Shown piece by piece: positions 25,201 to 28,306 of a stretch of 28,306 bases of DNA. A program made the position numbers and the translations under genes. Numbering within the stretch: the stretch's first letter is position 1; the number at the start of each line of letters is the position of its first letter. The DNA comes from Priapulus caudatus. Its lineage: Eukaryota. Where the stretch lies: contig NW_014577068.1 of NCBI RefSeq assembly GCF_000485595.1, positions 308,626 to 336,931 of the forward strand. Direction: 5' to 3'. The notes below the pieces were generated by a model that saw nothing but the letters and a program-made list of their open reading frames with translations, made no database searches and was not told the DNA's origin.

Positions 25201-28090
25201 ACCTGGTTTTGGTAGCGCTAGGGTAATTAGGGACCGAGTTAGAGAGCGGAAGGGAAATATGATCAAGGTCAAATAAAGGTCGCAGTGACCTGGTTTTGGT
25301 ACGCTGCTCACCTTCTCCCCAAGATGTGTAAGTATACCAAGTTTGGTAGCGCTAGGTCAATTAGGGGCCCGAGTTAGAGAGCAGAAGGGAAATATGATCA
25401 AGGTCAAGGTAAAGGTCAAATAAAGGTCGCAGTGACCTGGTTTTGGTACGCTGCTCACCTTCTCCCCAAGATGTGTAAGTATACCAAGTTTGGTAGCGCT
25501 AGATTCTCCCCAAGATGTGTAAGTATACCAAGTTTGGTAGCGCTAGATCAATTAGGGGCCGAGTTAGAGAGCGGAAGGGAAATATGATCAAGGTCAAGGT
25601 AAAGGTCAAGTAAAGGTCGCAGTAACCTGGTTTTGGTACTCTGCACACCTTCTCCCCAAGATGTGTAAGTATACCAAGTTTGGTCACGCTAGGTCAATTA
25701 GGGGTCGAGTTATAGAGCGGAAGGGAAATTCTCTGCGGCGGACCGAGCGCCGGCGGCGGCGGGGGAGACATGAAACCATAGTATCCCCGCCGACTTCGTC
25801 GTGGGGGATACAACTAGCAGAATTTGGAGACGTGTAAACTGGTTCTCTATACACGTTTTCTGGTGAGAGGCAGGAAACTTCGCAAATATCTATGCCTATA
25901 GTAATAACCCTGCAATCGGACCTGTTGGCAGAATTCCTGTCCTTCGCACCACGTGCCATTGCTTCCCTGGGCTCCACCATCAACGCTAGCACCTTCACTG
26001 GAATGATGCTGCGCTCGGTCAACAAGCCTATCTGCTGGTGCGTGAGTGGATAACCATCCAGTATCCAGCCGTGGCTTTGGCAGCGGGAACCCGTAAGCAT
26101 CACCTCAAGAGCCTGCACAGCTAATTCGTCTGGTGCTGTCAATCCCTGGCACAGATGCTCCCTCAAATTGATGGCCAGATCTGACTTGGGTAGCACCTCT
26201 AAGACATGCCTCATTGCATCTCCCACAGACACTCGTACTAATCCATATTCCTGTACAGAACAATGAAATATGATCACCACCGACATCACGATCATCATGA
26301 TCACCATCATCACCATCATCATCATCATCATCATCATAATCATCGTCATCGCCATAATTTACAACTGAATTTACAGCATAATTCCAGGCGTAAATTTTTA
26401 CCTCTGCAAATTTCCTGGCGACATTCGTCTTTCCAGACTTTGGCGGTCCAACAACCGCCATGTGTATAGGTACCATGTGTGCAGGAGGGGTACAGTTTAG
26501 GAACCCAAATGGATGACTGATGAACCTATCTCGTGCACGTTGCGTGGACAACCAGTACACATGCTGCCTGTATACAGCTGGGTACACTGATGGTTGTGGT
26601 GGGAACACATCACCTTCCTGAAGCTGTTAAAAAATCAACGGACCTTCAACAGAAATCTGTAGCCAGATATAAATTTTTTCAGCATTATGTTACACGGACA
26701 TGACATAATGAATGTCAACAACTCACAAGCTGTTTATTTATATTATCACGATCACAATAATTTTAAGAACTGAAGGATTCTGTTTATGTATTATGGTTTC
26801 TGTATTATATCATGCCATTAACAGTCTGTTACTGGTGTTATTGTAAATTGATATTCTAAATGTGTGCCATGCATCAATGATGAGAATAAGATCCACAGCT
26901 GTTAGAAAACCACTATTTCTTTTTTTGATTTTAGAGGTTGCCTAGAATATCCCTGGTGGACAGCAAAGATACTGTGAAATTTTCCTACCTTCACAGGACA
27001 AAACTTCCCAAATTTGCTGAGGACCTTGTGCCCAGTACCCAGAAGTGCATTAGCCACTTGATGCGTGACAGGGTAGACACGCTCAAAGATGCTGTCTCTG
27101 AAGTCAACCATGTACTTAGTTTGCCTCTCAAGCACACACTGAACGATGCTTGGCCTCCTACTAGCCTCTACCTCCATGCAAGGGATGAGAAACTCGGCAA
27201 GCGTTTCCTACAACATTTTGCATCATAGTTGGATTATAACTCTAATGAATCAAACCCATCTCAATATTGTCAACCGTTTCCACCTTCCATTTTCATTTAA
27301 GGTAAATCATTGATGTAAATAATATAGTATAATAAATAATACAGTAACATTTTCACATAAACTGTCCATGGTTGCGATGCATAATCAAGTAAAACAAATG
27401 TGCATTTACTATTTGATTTTACTAGTAAACTAATTAATATCAATTGCAGCTAGATAAGGAACATGGTCGAATTTTCTTGACCTTAACAGTGTAGAAATAT
27501 GTACAGACCTTAACTGACTCGATTCTGCCAACATCACTCTCATATGTGTGGCCAAGCTCTCCTTGCATCCTCTCTCTGGCTTCCGTCTCTGTCTCATCAT
27601 CATCTCCTGCATCTGCTTCTGGTTCCTAGATGCACCCACCACATGTGTAATATAGCAGCTTTAGATTCATTTATATATGTTTACGGCTCAATACGTAAAT
27701 TTGCGAGTTAATACTAAAATTAAGTTAAAAGAGTTGATACTAAGTATTTAAGGTGAGAACAATAAGCCCTTTTCATTAGGTGTTGGTCATGTCTCTCGTT
27801 GACACGTTCTCACGTTCAGGTAGAGTTACCTGACATTTAGTGGGCATAGAAGACATGCACACGGTCCGCGCTGGCGATGCAAAATTCAATTTCTAGAACT
27901 AATCTGAATTTGGTAGCAAATTTTTTCAATTTACGGGAAACTCTTCTTGCAGTATGTCATCGATGCTGGGCTTGGATGTGCCGGCCTCATCCTCGTCCTC
28001 CTCGCCTGCCGAGCCGCTATCGCCCGTCTTCACTGCAGCCTCAGCACGCTCTGCTTCCAGCTCCATCCTTCTTGCATTCATCTGAATCGT
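22277..28090 (-). CDS. AK9: Adenylate kinase 9, 3' part. Exons 28090-27935, 27625-27509, 27207-26989, 26623-26402, 26250-25922, 24658-24441, 24312-24190, 23976-23733, 23523-23425, 23265-23048, 22488-22277; 5' part lies beyond the window.
   Basis: 11 GT-AG exons join in frame (2157 nt, 718 aa + TAA). Contains FGKFCPVK, YPAVYRQHVY, P-loop VVGPPKSGKT, GWILDGYP, NWEAIDGERSKWWVW, LGEFQYYCPVSL, LQGFCPVTY, YEALVPG, LPHKLPPL, GYLEQ, KPKFPF and HLKAFNPK, the motif order of the AK9 C-terminal region. Confidence 0.95.
24743..25812 (+). mobile_element. Complete pearl/HINE-like (Helentron-associated) element with an internal tandem array of ~147-bp units, in an AK9 intron
   Basis: Starts ACTAGAAAGGGC with subterminal GTATCACCC. 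Unit anchor TCTCCCCAAGATGTGTAAGTATAC at 24786, 24936, 25081, 25314, 25461, 25505 and 25651. Then a (GGC)n tract and the terminal hairpin GTATCCCC-GCCGACTTCGTCGTG-GGGGATAC (25781-25811), followed by AA. Confidence 0.8.
26271..26356. repeat. (CAT)n-type microsatellite in an AK9 intron
   Basis: Directly visible; lies between donor 26401 and acceptor 26251. Confidence 0.9.
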
Positions 28091-28238
28091 CTGCAGAGAA
28101 CAGTTACAGAAAGAAGAAATCGTCACGACACACTGGTAAAATGTGTTTCAAACTGACTATTTGTCAAACGTTAAGACAGATGATTATTTTAAAATCTCTA
28201 TTGTACACCAACAGTAATGACTAAATACATATATCTCC

Positions 28239-28241
<3 letters not shown>

Positions 28242-28306
<65 letters not shown>
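28242..28306. repeat. (GA)n microsatellite in an AK9 intron
   Basis: Directly visible; runs to the window end. Confidence 0.97.

Noticed and set aside
24786..25700. Regularly spaced repeats resembling a CRISPR array
   Set aside because: The intervening sequences are also repeated (whole ~147-bp tandem units), there are no cas genes, and the context is a eukaryotic intron.
25684..26355. 223-aa ORF with a poly-Met N-terminus (and a poly-His ORF on the plus strand)
   Set aside because: Only 26250-25922 is an AK9 exon; the ends come from an intronic CAT repeat and the HINE-like element.

Overview
Eukaryotic genomic scaffold with GT-AG introns and three N gaps; an invertebrate animal origin is my inference. 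It holds parts of three conserved genes. SRP54 (5' part, minus strand, 4 coding exons) runs off the left edge. A gamma-subfamily p24 cargo receptor (TMED3/TMED7-like, plus strand) shows 3 exons, but its signal-peptide exon was not found. The 3' part of adenylate kinase 9 (AK9, minus strand, 11 exons) runs off the right edge. The non-coding space is rich in DNA transposons whose ends can be read directly: a decayed Academ (XPG-type) element with ~330-390 bp TIRs and a TTT TSD, a Harbinger-type MITE, fold-back MITEs, and two pearl/HINE-like elements, one carrying a ~147-bp tandem array. The last TMED intron contains a nest: a Kolobok-like element holding a hAT MITE and a non-autonomous Helitron, which itself carries a tRNA-Arg(CCT)-derived sequence. 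A ~535-bp repeat lies in opposite orientations on either side of the gap at 10924. Parts of the window look like low-accuracy gap fill, including a probable false duplication at the 17919 gap. I found no convincing new protein-coding system; the best leads are the tRNA-bearing Helitron, the rearranged Academ and the inverted repeat arrays.
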